63,778 bases of DNA from Carcharhinus longimanus. Taxonomy: Eukaryota. The translations under genes and the position numbers were made by a program. The stretch covers positions 56,973,074 through 57,036,851 of the forward strand of contig JASCQW010000162.1 of NCBI GenBank assembly GCA_030264375.1, in the 5' to 3' direction. Under the pieces are notes generated by a model. It made no database searches and was not told where the DNA came from. It was given only the letters and a program-made list of their open reading frames with translations. Position 1 is the first letter of the stretch. Each line of letters starts with the position of its first letter. Positions 38,524 through 50,826 of this stretch are shown piece after piece.

Positions 38524-38700
38524 GGGGTTAGGTTGATTGGCCATGCTAAAATTGTCCCTTAGTGTTCTGAGATATGTAGATTAGAGGGATTAGCGGGTAA
38601 ATATATAGGAATATGGGGGTAGGGAATGAGTGGGATTGTAGTCGGTGCAGACTCGATGGGCCAAATGGCCTCTTTCTGCAGTGTAGGGATTCTATGGTTC
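38524..38700 (+). mobile_element. 5'-truncated HE1 SINE
   Basis: ggttaggttgattggccatgctaaa...tgtagggattctatg. Confidence 0.85.
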
Positions 38701-39074
38701 TAGAATTCTGGCTGGCATCTCTGGCAGTGCAGCACTCCCCCAGGAATGTAGCAAGGTGGCAACCTAAGTTATGTGCTCAAGTAGCAGCAGCAGGATTTGA
38801 ACTCATGACTTTTGTGGCTCAGAGGAACCCACTGAACCATAGCTGACAGACAACATCTGTGAAGAGATACATTTTGGTAAGCTGTCCTTGTTTGGATATA
38901 TTAATAGTCGGATATAAATATCTGCAATACCTCTTCCGGCAGAGAGAAAAGATAATATCCGTTAATAATGACTTCCTTTTATGGTCATGTAAATGGATGT
39001 GATGCAATGAAACTGTCAGAATTTTCTTGGTCATTAACCAACTGAGAAATGTCTGCCCACGCGAAGGGCTTCAA

Positions 39075-39470
39075 TCTGTCCAACTTGGAGGGAGGTGGCC
39101 TTTGGGTCATGAGGTTACGCATTCAAATGCCATCTGGAGACTTGATTATATAACAAATTATATGGTAGTTCATTTAATTGGCATGTGTCACATGGAGACT
39201 TGAGCAGGAAATCACTCACACCATGGTACAGCATGGGCAGAGTGCTGCACTGTCAGAGTGTTAAACCAAGACCCCGTCTGCTCTCTCAGTTACACGTGGA
39301 ACTATTGGTAGGGAGCCTGGGAGTTCTCCTGTTGAACTGATCAACATGTATCCATCAACCCATATCTGAAGAATGGATAACATGATCATTTATTGTATTG
39401 TTGTTGGTGAGAGCTTGCTGTGTGCAAACGATGGTTGCATTTCCTGAAGTAACCAACTATTAAGATGTAA
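39075..39470 (+). mobile_element. Degraded DeuSINE
   Basis: gggagttctcctg...tatccatcaacc...cttgctgtgtgcaaa. Confidence 0.65.
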
Positions 39471-39641
39471 TGAAGTAAGAGAGACTTGTCTGTTCCAGCT
39501 ATTGGATTCCACACTGGACTATAAAATATTGACCATTTCACCACCTGTAGGTGTGGTTTTCTTGGATTTCCAAAAGGCATTTGAGAAGGTGCCACATCAA
39601 AGATTACTTCACAAGATAAGATCTCATGGCTTTGGGCTAAT

Positions 39642-39832
39642 ACATATCCCATATCCTCACAGATCCATATCCCCCACACTTCATATCCCCCACACCTCCA
39701 TATCCCCCACACCTCCATATCCCCCATACCTCCATATCCCCCACACCTCCATATCCCCCATACCTCCATATCCCCCACACCTCATATCTCCCACACCTCC
39801 ATATTCCCCACACCTCATATCTCCCACACCTC
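39642..39832. repeat. Minisatellite (about ctccatatcccccacac)n running into a gap
   Basis: Direct tandem repeat of a ~17 bp unit; explains the GDMEVWGIWR ORFs. Confidence 0.9.
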
Positions 39833-41140
39833 NNNNNNNNNNNNNNNNNNNNNNNNNNNNNNNNNNNNNNNNNNNNNNNNNNNNNNNNNNNNNNNNNNNN
39901 NNNNNNNNNNNNNNNNNNNNNNNNNNNNNNNNGGGCCAACTGAGAATAAACCAAGTGATAGCGAAGATCAGGACTGGGCAATTTGTCACAGAGAACAACC
40001 ACCAAGAATTGGAGCTAGACAGACCTATATATCGGAAGGGGCTGGTGAGTAGATAGAGAAACTACCTTGATTGGAAGGGCAAGAAAGGCCGTAGGGAATG
40101 TACAATACGAGGAACAGAATATCACATCTATGAATTGGCAGAAGGAAATGAAGTTCAGACAGTGGGTCTGATAGTAATCACAGCCCCAAGGAGGTGATCC
40201 AGAACTTCTGAAAAGAAGTTCTTGCAGCAGGAGGGCCAGGTCAGGTAGTCACAATCTAGAAAGGAACAGGAGATGTGGAAGTGGACACAGTTTAACTAGA
40301 GAACAAGTGAGGAGTGGCACAAGATATAGGACCCTCTAAGACAGAAATGTTGTAGTGGCTACCAACAGGGTAGATGACGAAGGAGGCAAAACAAGAAAAA
40401 CTTGACTGTCGGAGAGAGTCTGGCATTTGTGTGGAGTGACAAACAAAGGACATCCAGTATTGTTCCACAAATGGATTTGTACAGAGAAAGTAAATAGGAT
40501 TAAAATTAACAGCTAGTTTGTTTTTTTTTGGCAGTTCAGACACGATGGACTAAATGGCTTCTTTCTGCACCGTAACTTTTCCATGGTTCCATGCTTCCAG
40601 ATGGGATGTATAAAGCTGAGGCTTAACTGGTGGTTTGGGGATTCGATGAATAATTTAATGACCAGAAGGTTAGAGCTGATTTCCTGACAACAGGAAAAGT
40701 ACATTTGAGGATATTCTTAGCACTTCTAACTACATGCTCATGGGAATGTGAATCTATTCACGTCAAATCAGTTTCTCTGCAAGGGATTTCAAAGGAGAAG
40801 CATTCTTCAATCCTCCAAGAAAGCTGGAGATATAGAAGGGCAATTATGGAAGTTGAATAAATATGACTACAGGCAAAACAATGCATCCAGGTTTTGGTAT
40901 TTTTCAATCAGGTCCATCCTATTACAAACTGATTGTGTTCAGCTAAAAGTAGATCCAGCTATGATTTATGGGTACTATGAAGAAAAGTGAGCAGGCATTT
41001 TCTTAATGTAAATAGATGATTTCCTGTGGGGGTGGGGAAGGGTCAGATGGTGGGCAAGGGGGTGATTCTGTGGCATTTGACAAATTAGTGATAAAGATAT
41101 AGTTATGATGGAATTTAAGCATTTGGAGCTTTTAAGCATT

Positions 41141-41437
41141 TTGTTCATTTATTAGTGCCCCAAGTAGGCTTATGTTAACATTGCAATGAAGTTACTGTGA
41201 AAATCCTCTAGTCGCCACACATTTTTTCAGCTACACCAAGGGAGAATTTAGCATAGCCAGTGTATCTAACCAGCACATCTTTCAGACTGTGGGAGGAAAC
41301 CAAGGCACCCAGAGGAAACCAAAACAGACACGGGGAGAACGTACAAACTCCACAGACAGTGACCAAGCCGGGAATCAAACCCAGGCCCCTGGCACTGTGA
41401 GGCAGCAGTACTAACTACTGTACTATCTTGCTGCCCT
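41141..41437 (-). mobile_element. V-SINE with alternative (non-CR1) tail
   Basis: HE1-like head and V-domain with tail ...ttcacagtaacttcattgc...taataaat. Confidence 0.85.
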
Positions 41438-42094
41438 GGGTTGGGTTGGATATTAGGCAGACTAAGTCAGGAATAACCTTGACTCAACAGGCTCATCTCG
41501 AGAATGTAAATACGATTGGGCTAGTTCCTTGCAAAAGGATGACTCTACAAGTAAGGAAGAAGCAGATCAGTTAAGAAGCTTAATTGGGCAATTAAACTGC
41601 TTTTGCATGCAAACGAGACCAATTGCTATGATGTATTAGAATTGAGCATCATGCTGAAACATGCTCAATTGAACAAGTACTAGAAGCAAATAAGGCATTG
41701 AAGAAATTAATTCAAAAGAACGAGCACGCAGATTTCCAGACCTGGCTGACACAGGAGAGATAAAATTAGTTATTTTAAGTGATACCTCACAGGCTAACCT
41801 GCCCAATGGCTAGTCAAGTGCAGTAGACTCTTATATTTTTAGTGGGAAGAATGCCCATCAGTATGGAAAACAAAGATCAAGAGATTAGTTAAAAGCACCT
41901 TAACTGTGGAAACACTTGTGCTGGCAGAGATGACAGACATGGCCATATATTTATTAAGTATTAAGAGGAATCCCTATATAAGGGACAATCAAGGAAAATA
42001 CACCTGTAGAGGGCTACATAAATAATCATTCACACTGGGACGATGTCTATTCAACAAAGAGTGTCATGGAACAAGGGTTGATGATTGATCTCTC

Positions 42095-42393
42095 TTTAAG
42101 TTTAAGTTTATTTATTCGTGACACTAGTAGGCTTACATTACACTGCAATGAAGTTACTGTGAAAATCCCCCAGTCACCACACTCTGGTGCCTGTTGAGAT
42201 ACACTGAGGGAGAATTTAGCGTGGCCAATGCGCCTAACCAGCACATCTTTCAGACTGTGGGAGGAAACCGAAGCACCTGGAGGAAACCCATGCAGACATG
42301 AGCAGAACATGCAGACTCCACTCAGATAGTGTCCCAAGCCAGGAATTGAATCCGGGTCCCTGGTGCCATGAGGCAACAGTGCTGGCCACTGTT
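42095..42393 (-). mobile_element. V-SINE with alternative tail, inserted in Copia RNase H
   Basis: Same family as 41141; the RNase H frame continues on both sides. Confidence 0.85.
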
Positions 42394-42668
42394 AGCATGA
42401 GTATAAAAAAAAAGAAAGGAAGGAAATTTCTAAAGTGAGCTGAAGCAAGTTGCTTTACAAAGAGAACTGCTTGTCCTAAGAAACTGTCGAATATCTTAGA
42501 AGAGGGTGGTTGTATAATGCACTGTGACTTGAAACTTTTCATGTTATAACCTTATTTAAAAAATATATGTTTTTAAGAAAAAAGGGAAATTTGGATGATG
42601 TCAAAGATTGAGTGTATAATAAGAAAACATTTTTGTTTGTTAGAAGTTTTTTTGCATTTCAATTTAAG

Positions 42669-42935
42669 TTAAAAGAAGAAGGAGAATCCAATAGAATCTA
42701 ATAAGTTCTGTATAATGAATGGCAATACTTAAAGGTAGCAAGGTGAACAGTGCCTGATGGTGATTTGTTTATGTATGCAATTGTATATAAGGAGGAGTCA
42801 GCCAGCACTGACTGCCTGGTGTGTTGGAGAGAGATGAACAGGCAGAGTTTGTCTCTCTGCTCAACAGGCTTGAAAAGAAACCTGAATAAAGTAAAGACTA
42901 ACATTCAATTCATTCTTCTATCATATATTTATCAG
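42669..42935 (+). repeat. Polypurine tract and putative Copia 3' LTR
   Basis: aaaagaagaaggagaa, then tatataa (about 42784), aataaa (about 42885) and a terminal ...tca; the 5' TG is not preserved and no 5' LTR was found. Confidence 0.5.
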
Positions 42936-44239
42936 AATAAACAAACTGGTGCAGTTTCTGCTGTGGATGTTGGTCTTCCTGCTGCTCTTCCTCTTCATTC
43001 GGGAGGCAATGTAGAAGTGCAATAAGCTGCTTCCCATATCACGGTGAAAGCTGACAACAGGAGAGTACAGCTGAAGGTGAGTGAAGCGCAAGACAGGTGA
43101 TCTAATTTCCAAGAAGTTGCAATTACCTGTTGATAGTGAAAGTGCGCTGTCAGAAGAAGCCCTTTGAACAGCAGTTTCTCACATGACAATGGTTAGAGCT
43201 CTTCCATTTCACTGATTAAAGGCTTCTCAGCTGAAAAAACTCTCCCCACTGTGTACACTCCTGGTTGACCCATCAGAGTGGTTGGTTAAATCGCAGCCTT
43301 GAATATCTTAATTACTTAGCTGACAGCTCCTTGATGATTCCAGTTAGCTTGCAAACCCCCCGTGTGAAAACTGGAAGTAGGCAGGATGATGTCTGAATCC
43401 TGACCTGATGTCACTTTCCAGGAGATGTTACACTGTGCAGCACCTGAAGCCTTTTTCTCGTAAAATATCCCCTACTCTCCTGATGCTGACTGTATAAAAC
43501 ACGAATACTCAGATGTGTTACTATTCTAGTTAGATAGCCCAGCATTCTGGTCACTTTTTAAAGCTCTTTTGATGCATTATCCAAGACATGGAGAATGTTA
43601 AGTTAAAATTAACCCTGGGTCCTTTCTGTTTCCGTCTTTCAATTCAGTCTCCTTTTTAAAAAAATCCACATGCTTAATTATGTTTATTTGTGCATCTGTT
43701 GGAGACTAGAACATTTTACCTCATGCTAATGGCAGTTGCAGTTACTTCAACAACATTTTGTTCCTCATCATAAACTAACTGTGTCTTTTGTTGGACGGAT
43801 TGGGGTGATGGTATGATGCAACATCATTTATTTTATCCTAAAGCAAGGTAATCACCGGAACAATGAAAGTAAGACACATCAAAGGCAAATTAAAGGAGTA
43901 AAATTCTTTGATTGATGACGAATTTTGAAGAATTAGTCACAGGTTACCATGGAAGGAAAATAACAGCTAGTAATTACATTGTACCTTTCACAACCTCTAG
44001 ATGCCCCAATAGCTGATTATATACTATTGAACTCAGTCACGGCCATAAGTTGGAAAATAGGGCAACCAATTTCCACACAGCTAAGTTACGTAAGGAAATG
44101 TGATAATGAGCAGCAAATCTGTTTTACGAGTATTGGTTGAGGGATAAAGTATTGGCCAGCGCACTGGGAGAACTCCCCTTTCCACTGGAATTTTAGTTTA
44201 GCTACCTTTGGATTATATTGCTCAAAAGGATTTAACATA

Positions 44240-44960
44240 TTAGCCTTTGGTAAATGGTAGCATTCTCTTCTTGGAATCAGAAGATTCTGGATTCAAGTCT
44301 CACTTCAAGATATAATCTAATCTGATAATGTAATACTGAAGGAGTTGGAGGTACGGTCCTTCAAAGACATAGGAAATCAAAGACATAGGAAATCAAAGTC
44401 TCATGTTCCCTCTGAAGGGGATATAAATAGTCCTATACCAATATTCAATGAAGAACAGGAAAATTCTCCCAAGCGTCCTGGCCAATCTTTATCCCTCAAC
44501 TAGAGTGGCAGTTTGGCACAGTGGTTAGCGCTGCTGCCTCACAGCGCCAGGGATTCAGGTTTGATTCCCAGCTTGAGTTACTGTCTGTGCGGAGTCTGCA
44601 CATTTTCACCTATGTCTCCATGAGTTTCCTTCAGGTGCTCTGGTTTCCTCCCACAGTCCAAAAGACGTGCTGGTTAGGTGAATTGGGCATGCTAAAGTCT
44701 CCCTTAGTAAACCCGAACAGGTGCCGGAGTGTGGCAACTGGGGGATTTTCACTGTAACTTAATTGTAGTATTAATGTAAGCCTACTTGTGACACTAATAA
44801 ATAAATTTAAAAAATTAAACTAACATCACTTGTGATTTAATTGTTTGCTTGATACACACAAATTGACTACTCTTTTTCTCTACATTAAAACAGTGATTAC
44901 ATTCAAAACAATTAATTGGCTAACAAATGTAGTGGAACATTGTGAGCGGAATTCTCCCAC
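44240..44960 (+). mobile_element. DeuSINE split by a V-SINE
   Basis: ttatccctcaacta|V-SINE|aactaacatcac; aacta repeated at both junctions. Confidence 0.7.
44503..44812 (+). mobile_element. V-SINE with alternative tail
   Basis: tggcacagtggttagcgctgctgcctcacagcgcc...cttgtgacactaataaataaa. Confidence 0.9.
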
Positions 44961-45737
44961 TGAAGATATCTTCATGCAACCGAAATTGATCCCTGTATGG
45001 TTTCCCTAATAGTGACACAGGCGAGGAATGCAAATCACCATTGACATGGTCAGCACCAACAGATCCCACCGTCAGCCAATAGTGAGCCACTTGGGTTATG
45101 GTAAAACCCACCGCAGAGGAACCTGGAGAACTGTGCCCACTGAGACTGTGAAAGATGTTATATCAATCCAAATTATTTCCTTCTTTCTTTCAAGAGCCCC
45201 TAAGTTCGACAGGAAATGAGTCTTTAAACATTTATTCTCTTATACGTGCTAGGAATATAGGATTAAACTTAAGCATGATATCATCATGGTCAAATAGCAT
45301 GCCACGCTCAGTATTTGAGTTCAGAAGAGATGGCCACTGATTCTTGAACTGTACTCTAAAGTCAGTATTTCAGGAGTGGAGAAGTTAAGAGGGAAGTATT
45401 CTATGTCTATCACCATTTCCCACCTATAAAACTATTTTTCTTGTGCTGTCAGTTTATTATTGTTATATATTCCTTTGTCCACATTTTGAATGGAAACTTT
45501 CTGTGTAAACATATCACAATGTGATTACACCCTTGTAGCAGTAGTGACACTGCTCCTCTTGTTCATCTTCCAGCTCCCCAGGCTGCAAAGGAGAGTCATG
45601 ACCAGCTTAATTTCTTCACTTCCCAATTTTAATATATTCTGCCTTTAAATTATATAAAATCTAATTATGTAATAAAAAAGTTAGAATGCAAGACTTTGCT
45701 GTCTGATCACTTTTTATCTGAAGATAAGACTTCATCA

Positions 45738-45945
45738 TAAAGTTTATTTATTAGTCACAAGTAGGCTTACATTAACACTGCAATGAAGTTACTGTGAAAA
45801 TCCCTTAGTCGCCACACGCCAGAGCACCTGGGAGGAAACACACGGAGAACGTGTAAACTCCACACAGACAGTGACCCAAGCCAGGAACCAAACCCAGGTC
45901 TCTGGCGCTGTGAGGCAGCCATGCTAACCAGTGTCACCATGCCTA
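45738..45945 (-). mobile_element. V-SINE with alternative tail, internally deleted
   Basis: Head and tail match the 44503 family; middle is missing. Confidence 0.8.
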
Positions 45946-47152
45946 GTGTAAGATCAAAGAAAATGATAACCTGCAAGTATTGTAACAAAAAGAGAAACAC
46001 TGGGTAGTTGTGGGAGGGACAGATTTCTACTGAATGTGAATCTTTATTGTTAAGGGACTGTAATTTTGGCTACAATTGACAGTGTGTTACAGTGTCTCCC
46101 AAAAAAACAATCCACAAGGCCAAATAACTTCACAAAAGCCTTCAGCAGTGAATTATTTATTAATTTGATCACAAAGGAAATAATACTATTAATGAAACAG
46201 GAAATCCTAATTCTCTCTGTAGTCTAGAGTGTCAAGTGAATATTTTGAGCTTCAATCCCACTATTTTACTAAAGAATAAATGTTCTTGCTCTATGTTATG
46301 GGAACACAGCAGTTGCAGGATTTAAAAATCTAGAAAAGCTACATCATGTTTGTTGGATAAAAAGATAAAAATTCTGTCATTTCTTCACACCGATGACAGA
46401 TTTCCTTATGAGAGGCCACTGTCACAATGCCATACATTCCCCTACATCCCGCATCAATTAATAATACGTTGAACAACTCGTATTATCCATAAAACCACTC
46501 AGCTGAAGCAATTTCCAAAAAAAACCACTCATGCTTGTTGAAAGATTTGACAGGCAATTTCTATGGAGGTAAACTATTAGAAGAGCCTTTGGGGATAGAG
46601 CGAGTGGAGTGGTGTATGGGGCATGTGGGACTAATTGAAGTGCTTGCTCAACAGGCCTCCTTGTGGCATGAGATTCTACGGTGTTGCTCAGAAGCATGAC
46701 GCAAGACAAGGTAAATTCAAACCATAATCTACGACAATGGTGTGGGCATTTCACCTTTTAGTGTACATGTCACCAGCTGAATCTATGAGGGCCACACAAT
46801 CATTTATTGCTCACAGCAGGCAGTCATTCTCACCATGTACAGAATCATCTCATACTTTAATGCTGCAATTGTGGCACCTTCTCAGAAAACTGCATTGAGC
46901 CAAGAAATGTTAAAAACAGATAACGGGCAGAACTTATCCATCCTGCCCGCCACAGGAATCGAAGCAGGAGTGGGGATGGGGAAGGACCATACAAAAGTCC
47001 ATGGACCTTGAGTGAGATTTTCCTTCTTGGGGGTGAGCACAACTGGAAAATCCTGCCCAATGAACTTGTCAAATTATTTCAGCTTGAGGATTTCTAACAC
47101 TGCTGATAATAAAATAAAAATATCAAATTGTGGAACTCTGGTAAAATCACGT

Positions 47153-47495
47153 TACATAGAATCCTACAGTGCAGAAAGAGGCCCTTCAGCCCATCGAGTT
47201 TGCACTGAACACAATCCCACCCAGGCCCTATTGCCATATCCCTACATATTGTACCCACTAATCCCTCTAACTTAGTGTCCAGGGGTGCGTAAGGGGCAAT
47301 TTCTTAGCGTGGCCAATCAACCTAACCCACACATCCTTGGACTGTGGGAGGAAACCAGAGCACCCAGAGGAAACCCACCCAATCACGAGGGAAATGTGCA
47401 AACTCCATACAGACAGTGACCCAAGCCGGGAATTGAACCCAGTAACCTGGAGCTGTGAAGCAGCAGTGCTAACCACTGTGCTACAGTGCTGCCCA
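47153..47495 (-). mobile_element. HE1-type V-SINE
   Basis: catagaatcctacagtgcagaa...gtgctaaccactgtg. Confidence 0.9.
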
Positions 47496-48364
47496 TGATG
47501 GGCCAGTCCCTTATTCTGACAGTCAATATGGGCCAGATGCAGCATAAGTTAGTGGAATAGAAATAGATAAAGATAAAACATTTGAATTCTATTTCCTACA
47601 TTACAAACAAAGTTAAACTGCAAGAGTATTGCAACAACAAAGACAGATACAAAGTACTCACTGAAAATCTCAGCTATTCCCCCTGCCTCCATATGTAAAT
47701 TTTTTTATTTGGTCCCTAATTGCCCGACTTCTCCTTTTACAAGTCAAAAATCAAAAGTCCAAGGGACCAGGATAGCAGGTCCTTCCAGGTGGTGCATATG
47801 AGCTGTACCTGCTATCGAGAGAGGTGAAGACGAGGAGAGGCCGAGTGATCGGATGTTGGCAGAGAATTGGAAACCTAAATAAAACATCATCCTGTCAGAG
47901 ATTCCAGACCAACCAGCACAGGAAATGGAAACACACAGTGAGAAGATTACAGCAACAAACAGAAGCAACAAAGAAGCAAAATAGATTGGGAGAAGCACTT
48001 CCAGCATCTCCACTCAGCTTTGGCTTAGAGAGAAAAACTGGAACTGGCTTCCCCATACTTTTCCATGGGCAAGACAGTGAGAAAATGAGCAGAATCATAC
48101 TCAGTCTCAGCACTCAGCAGCAGAGCCACCAGGGTCATGATGACCAGCTCCAGCTTGACTTCCTGCCATTTCACTGGGGACCAAGTATTGGCAATGACAC
48201 AGGCAGCAGATATTGGAGCCCAATGAACTCTTGGAGGTGAGTGGGGTTACGGCTGAGAAAGGATAGACAGAGAAGGTACTTTGAACAGATATGTGCTTGA
48301 TGGGCCAAAGGGCCACTTCCTGTGTAGACAGCAAAATTCATAATTGCCTCCCATGTACAGCCCA

Positions 48365-48805
48365 GCCTTCAGTCAACTGAGGAAAAATGATCCGATTCTC
48401 AAACCCAAGATTAACATCATTTGCTGGGCAGCAGCAACCCCTGCCCTGCTGTATGTGACTTTTGCACTCCTGTATGTGATCCCTGAATTCCTGGGTGCTG
48501 CTACATGTACTTGGACATCCTACAGTGCACCATAAAACACTGGAGAAGTGTTGTCTTCTTAAGATCTTCCAAATCAGGTGTCAAGAAAGGCAGTCCAACA
48601 GCTGCATCCTCTCCCAAGCCAATTTGCCCAGCCTCAAAGCACCAATCACTAAAAACCAACTCTGCTAGGCAGAGACATATCCTACTCATGCCTCACACAG
48701 ACTCCCAAAGCAACCATTCACTCAGAACCTAGCCATAGCAGGCAATTCCCAGCAGCACAGCAAAAACAATTTAGGGATGTTCTCAAAGCATCCCTGATGA
48801 GATCA
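48365..48805 (+). mobile_element. RTE-clade LINE C-terminal fragment, decayed
   Basis: Remnants LKPK, PALLY, ILSQANLPS, NQL, RLPKQ, FRDVLKASL. Confidence 0.7.
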
Positions 48806-48819
48806 AGTCCCCACCATCT

Positions 48820-49178
48820 TCCCCACTTGGAGTACTGTGCGCAGTTCTGGTTGCTTCACTATAGGAAGGATGTGGAAGCTATTGAAAGGGTGCAGAGGAG
48901 ATTTACAAGGATGTTGCCTNNNNNNNNNNNNNNNNNNNNNNNNNNNNNNNNNNNNNNNNNNNNNNNNNNNNNNNNNNNNNNNNNNNNNNNNNNNNNNNNN
49001 NNNNNNNNNNNNNNNNNNNCGAACTCGCTGGGGTCTTTTAAAAGACTTCTGGATGAGTATATGGGATCTAATGGGATTGGGGGTTATAGATAGGTCCATG
49101 GCTTAGTAGGTATACAAGTGATCGGCGCAACTAGTGGGCCGGAGGGCCTGTTTGTGCTGTAGTGTTCTATGTTCTATT
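48820..49178 (+). mobile_element. CR1 3' fragment spanning a gap
   Basis: PHLEYCAQFW...RKDVEAIERVQRRFTRMLP; tail gttctatgttctat. Confidence 0.9.
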
Positions 49179-49309
49179 TCATAGGAATCTCTGGCTTGTA
49201 AGAAATCAAAATGGAGGAGGTTTATTTGGAAAGGCACTGAACAGGCTGAGAGACTTCATTGGGAGCAGACGGAGAATAAGTTATGGCATCAGACAGAATG
49301 CACAAGATA

Positions 49310-49650
49310 TGAACCTATGAATTAGGAGCAAGAGTAAACCAACCACTTGGCCCCAAAAGCATGCTCCTCTATTCAATGAGACCGTGACTTGATTGTAATC
49401 TCAACTCCACCTTCCCGCCTATCCCTGATAATCTTTCACCCCCTCGTTTATCAACAATCTATCCACCTCTGCCTTAAAAATATTCAAAGATTCTGCTTCC
49501 ACTGACTTTTGTGAGAGAGAGCTTGAAAGACTCTTAACCCTCAGAAAATAATTCTCCTAGTATTAGTCTTAAACGGGTGATCATTTATTTTTAAACAATG
49601 ACCCCCTAATTATAGATTCTCCCACAATCCTTTCCACATCTGCCCTTAGG
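49310..49650 (-). mobile_element. CR1 3' end
   Basis: gaattaggagcaagagta...tctatccacctctgccttaaaaatattcaa. Confidence 0.75.
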
Positions 49651-49737
49651 ATGCAAGTAACTCATCTACTCAATCCTTTAAGCACATTGGCTCTGCACGT
49701 GACAGAGTCTGCAGGTCACATATTTTTCATTCATCCA

Positions 49738-50050
49738 TGGGCGACACTGAGGCACAGTGGTTAGTACTGTTGCCTCACAGCATCAGGGTCCAGGTTCAAT
49801 TCCGGCCTCGAGTCACTGTGTGGAGTTTGCACATTCTCCCTATGTCTGTGTGGGTTTCCTCTGGGTGCTCTGGTTTTCTCCTGCAGCCCAAAGATGGGCA
49901 GATTAGGTTGATTGGCCATACTAAATTGACCGTAGTGTCAGGGGAATAGCAGGATAAAGGTGTGGGGCTATGGGACTAGGACCTGGGTGGGATTGTGATT
50001 GGTATAGGCTTGATGGGCTGAATGGCCTCCTTCTGTACTGTAGGGATTCC
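49738..50050 (+). mobile_element. HE1-type V-SINE
   Basis: Full head, V-domain and CR1-like tail. Confidence 0.9.
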
Positions 50051-50734
50051 AAGATCTCAGAACACATCACACCAGAAGGGAAACAAGCCATGATCAATTG
50101 CATGCAGTTGTCAAAAGAACTTTCAATAAAGTGATGAACATAATTATTTAATGTACCATACGAATGCATTCATTACTGGTTTCAAATACCTTCAGCCAAT
50201 CTGTGGTCAAATACTATTGTGACAACAGGAATTTTTCATGGAGATTCCCATATGGATGACTTTGGTTGCAAGCAAAATGCTGCTGGCACGCTTGTGTGTT
50301 TTAGTTTCACAGCTTGTTCACTTTTTTGGACTGAGATCAGATCTGGAAGTGAAGACTGCAATTAATGCTGAAGTGCACTGTCTCCCAATCGATATTTCTT
50401 TTTGAAATGATTTCAAACAAAGTATTGAGTTATTTAAATATTACTGCAGAGATCTGTCTCCTGACTGTCATCCTTAGCTTCATTAGTGTGAGTACACAGT
50501 CATCATTGATTGATTGATTTTGCATTATACAATTGTACTGGCATTGGCAAGCAGATAATTCAGAGTTGCTTCTGATTTCTAGCATCTTGCTTAATGTGGA
50601 TTTTCTCCATTTTGCCAGATCATTTCTCACCAATATCAGCATCATCTAATTGATTCAGTCTGGAGGAGACCAGACGATCTGTGGTAGTTAACAGAGTTAA
50701 ACGAAAATGACAAATAATACGTTGCTTTAAGAAC

Positions 50735-50826
50735 ACAATGCCTCCTACAAAGTATATCGTCCAATATGTGCTGTGCATGCACAATGCCTCCTACAAAGTA
50801 TATCGTCCAATATGTGCTGTGCATGC
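50735..50826. repeat. Perfect 46 bp tandem duplication
   Basis: acaatgcctcc...ctgtgcatgc twice. Confidence 0.95.

Larger units (their letters stand above)
39932..42520 (+). pseudogene. Copia linker, reverse transcriptase and RNase H, interrupted by a CR1 tail and two SINEs
   Basis: HKWICTEK, KAEA*LVVWGFDE, LWKLNK...ASRFWY, *IDDFLWG, LRSLIGQLN..QTRP, SDTSQANLP, IKRLVKSTL, CFTKR. Confidence 0.85.
36300..42935 (+). mobile_element. Decayed Ty1/Copia LTR retrotransposon (GalEa-like) with nested insertions
   Basis: Domain order: gag zinc knuckle (about 36410-36455), protease, integrase, RT, RNase H, PPT, putative 3' LTR; 38510-39930 is unrelated sequence plus a gap. Confidence 0.85.

Noticed and set aside
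39386-40056. Long ORFs with GDMEVWGIWR or PPYPH repeats
   Set aside because: These are translations of a minisatellite, a CR1 scrap and an N gap.
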